The notes beneath the pieces are model-generated. The model was not told where the DNA came from. It did no database searches and saw only the letters and a list, made by a program, of their open reading frames with translations. From assembly GCA_965202585.1 (NCBI GenBank), contig OZ241833.1:27466001-27530000 (forward strand): a DNA stretch of 64,000 nucleotides. Reading direction: 5' to 3'. The position numbers and the translations under genes are program-made. The DNA is from Thalia democratica (taxonomy: Eukaryota). Positions 57,501 to 64,000 of the stretch are shown piece after piece; positions within the stretch are counted from its first letter, which is position 1; each line of letters opens with the position of its first letter.

Positions 57501-60369
57501 AAAAGCATACTTTATTGATTATATTCCGCCACTGTTAGCGTGCTATAAGATAAGTTGCAAAATTGTATGGATTTTATAAACATTATAAAGCAGGCTTCTT
57601 ATCGTATAAGTATGATATTTATTCGACCCGATCAAAAATCGATAGAATTAACAAGAATCTCTTACAAATCTTACGTTTACTTGTTTTCTATCCTTTATTT
57701 GCATGTAGATTTCACGGTATTTACTTATTAAGTTTAATATGTAAATGTTTAAAAAAGCTACTGAATAAGTATAAGATATATTGTGTCTTAAAAACATAAA
57801 CATTTTGTTTCTAGTACTACTTTTTAGCTAAATAGATTCGTTAAATATGCAAATTCTACCTTTAATAAACAAGTATAAAGTATTTAATTTAAACTTAATT
57901 ATTGAATTACTTTTACCTTTAAATAATTCGTTATATAAATTGCTTTCTATACTAAATGTAAGTTAAAATGTTTTTTTATCAACTATTTTAAATTTATCTA
58001 TTGACAGAACCTTATAAAGAAAATGGTGAAGTTTTATCAAACCAAGCTACAAATGGATCTACAAAACAAAGAGGTTAAAAATATTTTGATAGTTTTTAAA
58101 CTTCCTTTGAAAATACTTAGTTATTAGCACATTCTAATGATTGTAATCGAAGTTAATAATACCTTTGACTTTTGTACGTTTTTTAGACGTAGTTTTTGTT
58201 AATCTTACTAAAGTTAGATTTAATTTCCTAAAAAAATAAAAAGAACTAAAAAGTTAATGTTAAAAAGTACAGAATTTTTAAATACAGAAGTTTGATAGTT
58301 CAATAAAATTAAGTTTATGAAATACAAAATATTTAAATAAAGGTTGAGATTATTAATCACATAAATTTTGTTTTTTGAAACAGTTTTTAATTCAAACTTA
58401 ATTCTGTACTAACGTTGTAAATAACGATCATAAGTAAACTAATATAATTTTTAAGGACTAAGAGAATTCATTAAAAAAATATTGGAATCAAAAATTATCT
58501 TCCAGAAGTTAAAACTATTAAAAATGAAACCAAAAATAAAATCTTCATATGTTTAGATTCAACATTCATTAATTCGAGCGTCGAAGAAAAATTCCCCGAA
58601 AACAAAAATTCCCCTCCGCCGTTGGAAACCGACGCGTTGCCTGGCAACGACGACGAGTGGAAGCAGCGGCGCTTCGACGTCATGAGCTGGCCCAATGACG
58701 TCATCGGTCCCCGCAGGAGCAGGCACCCGGTGGCGCCCCCCATCGGCCGCCAAACGCAGGCGAGGCCCATCGACAGCGACGAGCACATTTTGAGGGATTT
58801 CTACCGGCAGCGGCGCCCTGGAGAAGTAAAGATGAATAAAACAGAAGCCGTGTTGCAGAAAGGCAGCAAAGTTAAAGGGGAGAAAGGCGTCAGTGACGTC
58901 ATAATGCAGTCGCTGCTCGCTTTCAAGCCCAACGCGGTGCCCAACACCAAGGTTTGTTGTGACGTCATAACTAATTTAAATGTTTGTTTATTTTTATTGT
59001 TTTGTTTTAGTATATAGAAATAGAGGAGCCGGTAAGAAAGCAGGTGAACAATGTGTCTATAGCAGGACCAATAAGCAAGGGAAACATGAAAGTTATGAAA
59101 AGAGGTGTAGAACTTCATCCTAGACAAGTAATGAATTAGTTCAAATTAAAACTAGTTGATCAGGATTTTTTTTTTTATTTAATGAAGTCCTGTAACAATT
59201 TTTTTAAATTTGATTCATTTCAATATGAATTTAACTATTTAATCTTTAGTTTTTTTTAGAATTTAAGACCATCTAGATTCTATAAATTATAATTTTTCTA
59301 GATCTATTTACTTTAACATTTATTTTTTATTTTTAAACAGACATAACAAGGCTAGTTTAACAAACTTAAAGGGCTATGAAGAAATAAATAATAATATAAT
59401 TTTGTTTCAGTTGAATCTGGGAAAATTGGTGGAAGGTAAGATGTATTGCTGCACATTCAGGATTCGAAATGTTGGCATCGATACCATCAAATACCGAATA
59501 AAATCCCCGCCAGTCAACACTGGAATCCGAATCAGATACGCTCCTAAAAAAGTTGGTTTCATTCAATTGTCGCAAGTTTTTGTAAACAACTTTTTGTTAT
59601 GTATTTTCTGCAATCGGGGAGTTGTTGATAAAAGTTTAATAGTAGAAGTAGAATATGAACAGAACGTAAAAAATAATTGTTTTAAATCGAATTTTTTTCT
59701 AATTAATTTTAAATTTTAATTTTTAGATAGTTTACGTTTTAACGATTTGAAAAATAAGATTCATGGCTATATATGCTAAAATCTGATAAGTTTGTACAGT
59801 TTGTTACCGCCCAAGTCGTCTAGTTAAGTATAAATACTTTTTAAATATCATTTTTAGTGTTCTTATTTTAAAATAGTAACTTACAAAGATACCCGCCGGT
59901 TTGGAGCAGAAAGTAACGATAGATATTTGTGCGATTGCACCGAATGTACTAGTTGGAGATATTGTTGGAAGTTTGAACTATCAGCTTCAAATTATTGCTG
60001 AAACTGAAATTATTCACCTCCCGATTCGAGCCACTATTCTTCTATGTAGTTTATTTTATTATTTGTAATTATCTTACCAATAAGAAGTTATTTTTCCTTT
60101 GTTCTCAAAAATTTTTGTAACATTGTTGTTTTTATAATTTGGTTTTATGTAAGTTGACTTTAAAACTTAAGGAAAAGCTTGTGTTATTGAAGCATACTTT
60201 ATATATTAAATAATTTAAGTTTTGCAGCTTAAATCAAATAAATATTAATGTACAAATTGTAACAGCAAACGCGTACAATACCATTGAAAATGAAGAGGAA
60301 AAGTGTGCAGTTGTCAAATTTAATTCAAATGTTGATGTCAAGTCTTGTGTTTCTGGCGATTTGGTGTAA
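9514..60369 (+). CDS. SPAG17: Sperm-associated antigen 17 (PF6 homolog, ciliary central pair C1a projection); 44 coding exons, 7182 nt, about 2393 aa
   Basis: All 43 introns are GT-AG and phases join into one open frame. Peptides match recalled human SPAG17 motifs in order: DWNVNIQLLVENQIED, IDDEPETGPDHYVLVVGF, DMRHYNELL..SVPLILHCLVEQVVATEE, VYSNVGFRNY, YPSDGG, LYVSCPNGL, DHEDGTRIT, DGSGYELLRHSD, IPPNIRSR, RNVGIDTIKYRIKSPPVNTGIRIRY. Confidence 0.95.
10224..10361 (+). CDS. SPAG17: SPAG17 exon 2 (DWNVNIQLLVENQIED...)
   Basis: TTTCAG acceptor, GTTTTA donor; matches NDWQASIAFVVGNQIED. Confidence 0.9.
10919..11135 (+). CDS. SPAG17: SPAG17 exon 3 (VREFGD...WAKLLKIGLLEIK)
   Basis: A-rich AAG acceptor, GTGTGT donor; matches IGKLLKFQLLQIK. 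Confidence 0.88.
11855..12001 (+). CDS. SPAG17: SPAG17 exon 4 (AGKKGGRKS...LKKRTEEQVAVAFI)
   Basis: CAGCAG acceptor, phase 1-1, joins to IDDEP. Confidence 0.88.
12845..13051 (+). CDS. SPAG17: SPAG17 exon 5 (DDEPETGPDHYVLVVGFY...)
   Basis: ORF track 12796-13071; matches DDEPDDGAQHYIIVVGF. Confidence 0.93.
13442..13623 (+). CDS. SPAG17: SPAG17 exon 6 (LEIFWKLLPHVF...PNDWHN)
   Basis: ORF 13417-13686; GT-AG; phases consistent. Confidence 0.92.
13919..14844. mobile_element. Foldback/MITE-like long inverted repeat in SPAG17 intron 6
   Basis: Left arm 13919-14457 is the reverse complement of right arm 14505-14844 (e.g. CGAGCGT..TTGGCTTGAATGGAT / ATCCATTCAAGCCAAA..ACGCTCG; TTCAGAAAAGTTCCAAATTT / AAATTTGGAACTTTTCTGAA); about 200 nt extra in the left arm. 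Confidence 0.8.
15131..15685. mobile_element. Non-autonomous element with inverted subterminal arrays of AAATTGCACGAG-type units and internal CCCTAACC motifs
   Basis: Left array of (a)aattgcacgag units, right array of ctcgtgcaattt units, T-rich core with duplicated ttacccctaacc. Confidence 0.7.
16235..16433 (+). CDS. SPAG17: SPAG17 exon 7 (MVYGGKLFDQLATFIYD...)
   Basis: ORF 16235-16513; matches GTDIFENIACLMYD. Confidence 0.92.
16558..16742 (+). CDS. SPAG17: SPAG17 exon 8 (DMRHYNELL...SVPLILHCLVEQ)
   Basis: Near-identical to DMRYYNYLL..SVPLILHCMLEQ. Confidence 0.95.
19512..19625. repeat. Imperfect hairpin / mini-MITE remnant
   Basis: ATTCAACTAATGCTTTT..AAATGTTTC pairs with GAAACATTT..AAAAGCATTAGTCGAAT. 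Confidence 0.7.
19842..19979 (+). CDS. SPAG17: SPAG17 exon 9 (VVATEEG...RSDGVDH)
   Basis: Absent from ORF track; translated by hand, matches VVATEED..RADGLDH. Confidence 0.93.
20588..20790 (+). CDS. SPAG17: SPAG17 exon 10 (PKIINYHD)
   Basis: ORF 20588-20812; phase 0-2. Confidence 0.9.
20950..21182 (+). CDS. SPAG17: SPAG17 exon 11 (LDRAFRQFVFESM)
   Basis: Matches VERAFKVFTFESL. Confidence 0.92.
21495..21686 (+). CDS. SPAG17: SPAG17 exon 12 (NFWDDPY)
   Basis: ORF 21455-21715; matches IPWDNP; phase 1-1. Confidence 0.88.
21798..21882. repeat. 85-nt stem-loop in intron 12
   Basis: GATATCACCCACTTTGAGA..CATTGATT pairs with AGTCAATG..TCTCAAAAGTGGGCGATATC. Confidence 0.75.
22184..22323 (+). CDS. 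SPAG17: SPAG17 exon 13 (SEHMDNKVLLQ)
   Basis: Matches TEHFKPKVLLQ. Confidence 0.92.
24663..24817 (+). CDS. SPAG17: SPAG17 exon 14 (CMDSY..TTLLVFHHP..YSNVGFR)
   Basis: Matches CVDSYY..LLLVFHNP..HSNVGFR. Confidence 0.94.
25097..25275 (+). CDS. SPAG17: SPAG17 exon 15 (NYMYHVAGGIEEWTAEQD)
   Basis: Matches NYLELVAKSIQDWITKEE. Confidence 0.92.
25582..25827 (+). CDS. SPAG17: SPAG17 exon 16 (PFVLPGSLK)
   Basis: Matches PFILEGSLK; acceptor could instead be 9 nt downstream. Confidence 0.82.
27909..28059 (+). CDS. SPAG17: SPAG17 exon 17 (RSSRQASPSS...KLPFVG)
   Basis: Absent from ORF track; phase 1-2 fits both neighbours. Confidence 0.87.
29393..29496 (+). CDS. SPAG17: SPAG17 exon 18 (FVYPSDGG)
   Basis: Matches YLYPSDGG. 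Confidence 0.92.
32288..32581 (+). CDS. SPAG17: SPAG17 exon 19 (THVRVKVAKDGH, His-rich insert)
   Basis: Matches TFIKVRVVKDNH; GTGAGT donor. Confidence 0.92.
37277..37423 (+). CDS. SPAG17: SPAG17 exon 20 (FGSTCAVFCDNMVLSYS)
   Basis: ORF 37264-37467; phase 1-1; GTGAGT donor. Confidence 0.88.
37789..38042 (+). CDS. SPAG17: SPAG17 exon 21 (Lys/Ala-rich)
   Basis: ORF 37833-38135; GT-AG; phase 1-0. Confidence 0.87.
38901..39030 (+). CDS. SPAG17: SPAG17 exon 22 (QLYVSCPNGL)
   Basis: Matches LNVSCPSGL. Confidence 0.9.
39036..39138 (+). promoter_or_regulatory. CRE + RFX X-box + two GC-boxes in intron 22
   Basis: TGACGTCA 39036-39043, GTTTCCATAGCGAC 39090-39103 (fits RYYNYY-NN-RRNRAC), GGGCGG at 39123 and 39133. 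Confidence 0.5.
41756..44161 (-). CDS. Nested antisense leucine-rich-repeat protein, about 354 aa, signal peptide + LRRNT + LRRs + LRRCT + GPI-signal-like tail; exons 44161-44018, 43410-43283, 43211-43031, 42367-41756
   Basis: Hand-spliced GT-AG exons in consistent phase. MWKLEAVCYFSFILWMA hydrophobic start, Cys-rich cap CSDFCGAESCPCLC, LxxLxLxxN repeats (LEELHLKNN, LKKLYLRGN, LRTLDLSDN), NRFSC...PKC LRRCT, hydrophobic end LSLANLTILSFVFKCLL-TGA. First donor could be 44015. Confidence 0.9.
44248..45581 (+). repeat. Duplicated block, copy 1 (may extend further right)
   Basis: Colinear with 62679-64000; 16 substitutions in one 219-nt segment compared by eye. Confidence 0.92.
46323..46441 (+). 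CDS. SPAG17: SPAG17 exon 23 (SRVIMYDGTVVKNMKDGSTQ)
   Basis: Matches [20 protein letters not shown]. Confidence 0.93.
46709..46732. repeat. (TA)12 microsatellite
   Basis: Read directly. Confidence 0.95.
46841..46955 (+). CDS. SPAG17: SPAG17 exon 24 (ILCLDGTV)
   Basis: Matches ILFADGAV. Confidence 0.88.
47506..47632 (+). CDS. SPAG17: SPAG17 exon 25
   Basis: Phase 1-2 reading bridges exons 24 and 26; low-complexity peptide. Confidence 0.72.
47972..48113 (+). CDS. SPAG17: SPAG17 exon 26 (LWQTTSICG..AKDPITRE)
   Basis: Matches TWFTTTPEG..ATDPVNGT. Confidence 0.88.
50199..50313 (+). CDS. SPAG17: SPAG17 exon 27 (VERPDG..DHEDGTRIT)
   Basis: Matches VERKDG..DHADGTRIT. Confidence 0.94.
50441..50574 (+). 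CDS. SPAG17: SPAG17 exon 28 (VRVECEGFATV..FGSGT)
   Basis: Matches MRVESSRYATV..FGDGT. Confidence 0.92.
50843..51073 (+). CDS. SPAG17: SPAG17 exon 29 (YLLRHND..DFDGNVFQ)
   Basis: Matches YIMRHTS..DPEGNTFQ. Confidence 0.92.
51195..51337 (+). CDS. SPAG17: SPAG17 exon 30 (YAKHPPR)
   Basis: Matches YGEHVPR. Confidence 0.9.
52046..52185 (+). CDS. SPAG17: SPAG17 exon 31 (LFVVNNDGSGYELLRHSD)
   Basis: Matches FFVMYADGSGMELLRDSD. Confidence 0.94.
52721..52841 (+). CDS. SPAG17: SPAG17 exon 32 (TIMRP..IIPPNIRSR)
   Basis: Matches TVLRP..IVPPNLRSR. Confidence 0.93.
52989..53146 (+). CDS. SPAG17: SPAG17 exon 33 (GRGLAIGS..CPDTLEVRQLVRH)
   Basis: Matches WKGLCIES..PSVLQMRQFIQH. Confidence 0.92.
53862..54037 (+). 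CDS. SPAG17: SPAG17 exon 34 (EDPREEGEVRRAEDLL)
   Basis: Matches KDSRTEEERGNAADLL; GTACGT donor chosen by phase. Confidence 0.87.
54978..55201 (+). CDS. SPAG17: SPAG17 exon 35
   Basis: Open in phase 0-2 between TTTCAG and GTCGGA. Confidence 0.82.
55574..55764 (+). CDS. SPAG17: SPAG17 exon 36 (KKVPTYFQSE)
   Basis: Matches RIIPPFFKSE. Confidence 0.9.
56789..56866 (+). CDS. SPAG17: SPAG17 exon 37 (AT-rich, short)
   Basis: TAG acceptor, GTGATT donor, phase 1-1, open; no recalled homology. Confidence 0.65.
56941..57003 (+). CDS. SPAG17: SPAG17 exon 38 (AT-rich, short)
   Basis: TTTTGCAG acceptor, GTAAGT donor, phase 1-1, open. Confidence 0.7.
58008..58073 (+). CDS. SPAG17: SPAG17 exon 39 (AT-rich, short)
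   Basis: CAG acceptor, GTTAAA donor, phase 1-1, open. Confidence 0.6.
58557..58951 (+). CDS. SPAG17: SPAG17 exon 40 (longest; FDVMSWPN..SLLAFKPNAVPNTK)
   Basis: ORF 58622-59017; aligns to the LQDVAGQTR..YLLSSKP region. Confidence 0.88.
59011..59127 (+). CDS. SPAG17: SPAG17 exon 41 (RKQVNNVSIAG..GVELHP)
   Basis: Matches GKVNTSSVAS..GFHLLP; preceded by a 59-nt intron. Confidence 0.88.
59411..59551 (+). CDS. SPAG17: SPAG17 exon 42 (LGKLVEG..RNVGID..PPVNTGIRIRY)
   Basis: Matches FGVLKEG..KNVGVD..PPPSTGLKVTY. Confidence 0.94.
59889..60045 (+). CDS. SPAG17: SPAG17 exon 43 (IPAGLEQ..EIIHLPIRA)
   Basis: Matches VAAGMQT..EVLFLPVEA. Confidence 0.9.
60266..60369 (+). CDS. SPAG17: SPAG17 exon 44 (terminal, TAA at 60367-60369)
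   Basis: Phase 1 join gives SNAYN (cf. SSNYD); the 3' end may instead splice to 60455-60492. Confidence 0.7.
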
Positions 60370-60557
60370 CTAAGTTGGTTCAATTATACTCTTTTTTAGC
60401 TTATATTGTCACTGATAGTTTCAAACGCTTTATCGCTTAATTTTAAAGTTTCAGGTATACCCTGTGGACCCATCAATCAGAAACATGTTTGAAAAAATGA
60501 TAAAAATCAAAATGTGTGTATTTATTCACTATGTTTTTATCGAAGTGTTATTTGTCA

Positions 60558-60613
60558 CTGTGTTTTTTGTGAAATAAACTCTTTACTGTGTTTTTTGTGT
60601 AATAAACTCTTTA
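60558..60613 (+). repeat. 28-bp tandem duplication in the SPAG17 3' region
   Basis: CTGTGTTTTTTGTG(A/T)AATAAACTCTTTA x2. Confidence 0.85.
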
Positions 60614-62678
60614 GTTTGTTTTGGCTTTTATTTTGCAATAAATTATATTTAAAATAAAAGCTAGTTATATATTTTTTTGATTTGTTTTTTAAAATTAAAT
60701 CCATTAAATAAAAGTGTAACTTGAATATTTTACTCATTTTTTTAAAGCAACCTATTAGCTTATTTAAGTATTTTGAAAAATTTATGTGCTTTTCTTGAAA
60801 TCCTATATATAAACATATATGTTGAAATCTTTAATGTATTAGATTTTTGTGAGGTAAAAGAAGCTGAATATTTTATAGTGATAAATTGTATACTAATTAG
60901 AATATTAAGTTTATTTGAATGATTTTAAGAAATTTCGAACTAGTATAAACTGATTAGAAAATAATGATATGGTAAAAAAAAACTATGCGTAGTTACGTCG
61001 TTGAACTGTCTTAATATAAAAATAAAAAAATATTTGAATGAAGAAACTTTTTATGTTAATAGTTTTTAATTATATGTTGTGGCCACTACGTAAAGTTATT
61101 TTATTTGATTTATCTCATTCAGCTTAAGCGTACTTTTATACATGTAAGAAAAACAAAATCATTATTTAATTGACTTGTTTTTTAAAACAAGCTTTTTATT
61201 AAACCTAATAATTAAATTTATTATCTTAAAACTACAATTTTTTATTTAAGGTCGAAATGTTAGTTTAAAGATGAATTATAAAAGTATTTAAACTTATTTC
61301 TAGTTAAAAGTTTTTTTTTTCCTTTACAAATGGTATGGCTTAATAAAAAGCTACAATCGACAAAGCAATAATTTAATTACATAATGATTTTTAAATGTGT
61401 GACCTTAATTTATGTTTAGCAATCGTGATTTCAATGAATTAAAAAGTTTTTTTTTGAAGTTATATAAGGCAAACTTATAAACAAGAGTTTTGACATTTTA
61501 ATATTAAGAAAATCTTTTCCATTTTCGTGTCAACTCTTTAGCAAAAGGTGGCGTTACTAAATTAAAAATCATTCTTTTTAGTTCGTGTTTCAACTCGTAA
61601 TTGAGTTCTTCTCAGACAACTTTGTATAAAATTTTTAAAGTATGTCTTAGTTGTTTTAATTTATATTCAGTTCCTGTGAATTTTTAAACTAGATTAAACT
61701 ATTTTTTTAAGTTTTGTAATGCATCTTTCCTAGTCATTTAGATTTATAATCGGTGCGTAGTTATTACTACTTAACACTTTAAAATTCAAATTTTAAAACA
61801 TTTGTGTTATTATTCTGAGATCAAACTCTTTTATAATTTTATAGCATACAATTGTTGTGTTTTAGTCTAAAATAGTTTGTAAATGCAAAACACGTAATTT
61901 CGAACTAGAAAAACTTCTTAGTGATACGATAACTTCATACCTTTAAGAAATCTTATTTGAAGTTAGTTCTTATTTTTTTGTAGTTTTTTGTTTTATTTTA
62001 ATAACTGTACTTGCTAAAAGGTTATGTTTCATAACATTACAACACATACAGTCTATATATTGTATTACCTTATATTATTCGGTTATTCTAACACAATTTT
62101 CTGTAATATACTTAAATCATCTACATCAAGTAAGACTCTTAGGTTAATAGACTTTTATAAAAAGATAGATATTTGAAAACTTTGCTCAGTAGTTCCTACA
62201 TTATTTTACTTAAAAGTATGTCTATTAAATGTTAAATACGACTAAAAAAAATTGTTTTGTTTCCAACTGCGTTAGACTCAATAAGGTAAAATTACGGTTT
62301 TATACTTTTTCAAAATCTGGAGGTTATAAAAACTATGTTTTCACTCGATAAAAATTTTTAGTTAAAAAAATAGTTCAGAATTGTACAAATTTGAAAAATA
62401 GTTAAAAAACATGGTTTAGTCTGTGTTTAAAACATTTTATTACTGAAATTTTCTTCAACTTTTGCATAAGAAACATACTTATTTGAATTTTTTTTCAATT
62501 TCTACGAAGAACTTCTTTTCTCATTGATTTTTTTTTTGAAATTATAACAAAGTTATTATATATATATATTTACTTATGAACTTTTAAAGTGTACTAACTA
62601 CCATAATACACTGTTTACACAAGTACATTTAGTTAAAACTATAACTTTTTAACAAAAGTGAGAATCCTATTTTATATT

Positions 62679-64000
62679 TCTAAAGCTAAATTTGATTTAA
62701 AGCAGCCAGCTAAATAAAATATCTCGATACAGAAAAATTGTATTGAAAAATGAGAGAGGGTAAACTTTTTTCTTTTTTATTTCGAGAGAACCATGACGTG
62801 CTGTTGTCTCGGTCGAAGCGATTTGTGAGCTCTCTGTAGTTTTCATTTCTTACCGTTTATTTTTGCTGCTATTTCGATTGACAGGCATACATTTCAAACG
62901 AACCGTTTCCTACCGAGGCACCTGCGATATTTGAATGTTGGTGGAGCGTTCACCGTCAACTTTAAGTAAAAAACTCATTCAAGAGCGCAGTTGCGAATCA
63001 TTGGTTGTCTTAGCAAAATTGGATTTTTATGTAAATAAAGAATCTATCTTAAGACTTACGGTTGTAAAAATGACTATAGAACGTCGATTAAGTCGGGCTG
63101 TAAAACGACGTTTTCTTATTAGTCGTATGTTTTTAATACAGGCCTTAAAATAAACGGCAGCTAAATGTTGAATGCAAACTTTATTCACAAGGTATTTTAC
63201 TGACAGTTTATTTCGTTGACGAAATTTTTCCAGACTTCGTGCATTGTTCACTTTTTATGGCCTTTCGATTAAATTGTAAAAGTTTTTTTAATTTTTTAGT
63301 ATATTTAAATTTTATATAATTTATGCTTAAAACTATTAAATAGAAAAAAACTTAAAATCTGAAATATTGATAAAAAAAACGATTTTTTTTAAAACACATA
63401 ACAACTTGGTTTTATTATTTTTTCATATCTGTTTAAAACAATATAACAATTGATTAATTTCGATAAAACTTCTACAAAATTGTAGTTATCAATTTTAAAA
63501 CTGTTTACTTAATTTACTTTGCCAAATTTTTGCAATATGCATCGAAAAATAAACTTATTTAATTGAATAAACGTTTTTCATAAACTAGAATTTGTATAAA
63601 AATTAAAATTTTACAAATTTATAATGAAACTTCCTGTTCAGTAATTGGGTTGAAAATTCGATTCAGCAAGCTTCAAAGGCCGCACTTGACTTTCACTTCC
63701 ATTCTTAATACGCGAGCCACTTAAAAACAATTTTAAATTAATGAGAAACACGCAAGTTTATTGCGAGCAATTAAATCTGGCTAATTATATGAAAACAAAA
63801 TTGTGAATGACGCAAGATAAAAGGTGAGAAATTTTCACTTTGATCACAAGTTTTCACTACAGCTCTGTACACTCTCTTAATATAGTTTTGTTAGGGTTTA
63901 TGAAAGTTTTCAAGCCAAATCCTCGTGTTTTGAGCACAAGTTTTTACAAAAAGGGGGAAAGTTGTTATTGTTGTTCGCTGGTTCATTGCTTGCCCCACTT
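62679..64000 (+). repeat. Duplicated block, copy 2 (truncated by window end)
   Basis: Direct repeat of 44248-45581, from TCTAAAGCT to TTGCCCCACTT. Confidence 0.92.

Noticed and set aside
10738-59575. Many ORF-track entries antisense or off-frame to real exons (e.g. 12829-13095-, 25551-25946-, 32155-32538-, 37597-38070-, 41819-42382+, 41841-42371+)
   Set aside because: Shadow ORFs caused by high GC3 of the true exons; no independent domain signal
9514-60369. Host-wide TAG/TAA reassignment
   Set aside because: About 2390 SPAG17 codons contain no internal TAR and use GAA/GAG normally
1-64000. tRNA, rRNA, CRISPR arrays, transposase/RT ORFs
   Set aside because: None recognisable by eye; a covariance-model scan was not possible

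Overview
AT-rich eukaryotic (animal) genomic DNA with GC-rich exons. TTTCAG acceptors and abundant TGACGTCA suggest a tunicate-like invertebrate, but that assignment is inference. The window is dominated by a complete + strand SPAG17/PF6 central-pair gene, which I reconstructed by hand as 44 phase-consistent GT-AG exons (9514-60369, about 2390 aa). Its 7.3-kb intron 22 contains an antisense 4-exon gene for a secreted, probably GPI-anchored LRR protein (41756-44161). To the left is an unannotated - strand gene built of short exons with a repeated Y-x-Y/F-S-F-G-D motif, and an intronless decayed UBE2E-like pseudogene whose three TAG stops fall at conserved Glu positions. Non-coding features include two foldback/MITE-like elements, several hairpins, a >=1.3-kb duplicated block abutting the LRR start codon (second copy at the window end), an X-box/CRE/GC-box module in intron 22, and 12 perfect CRE palindromes clustered near exons. 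The most unusual patterns are exon-by-exon GC3 swings (14% to 88%) within one gene that track exon length, 22 of 43 donors with a pyrimidine at +3, and A/C-rich acceptors that can base-pair with G/T-rich donor ends. Homology calls rest on recalled protein sequences, not database searches.
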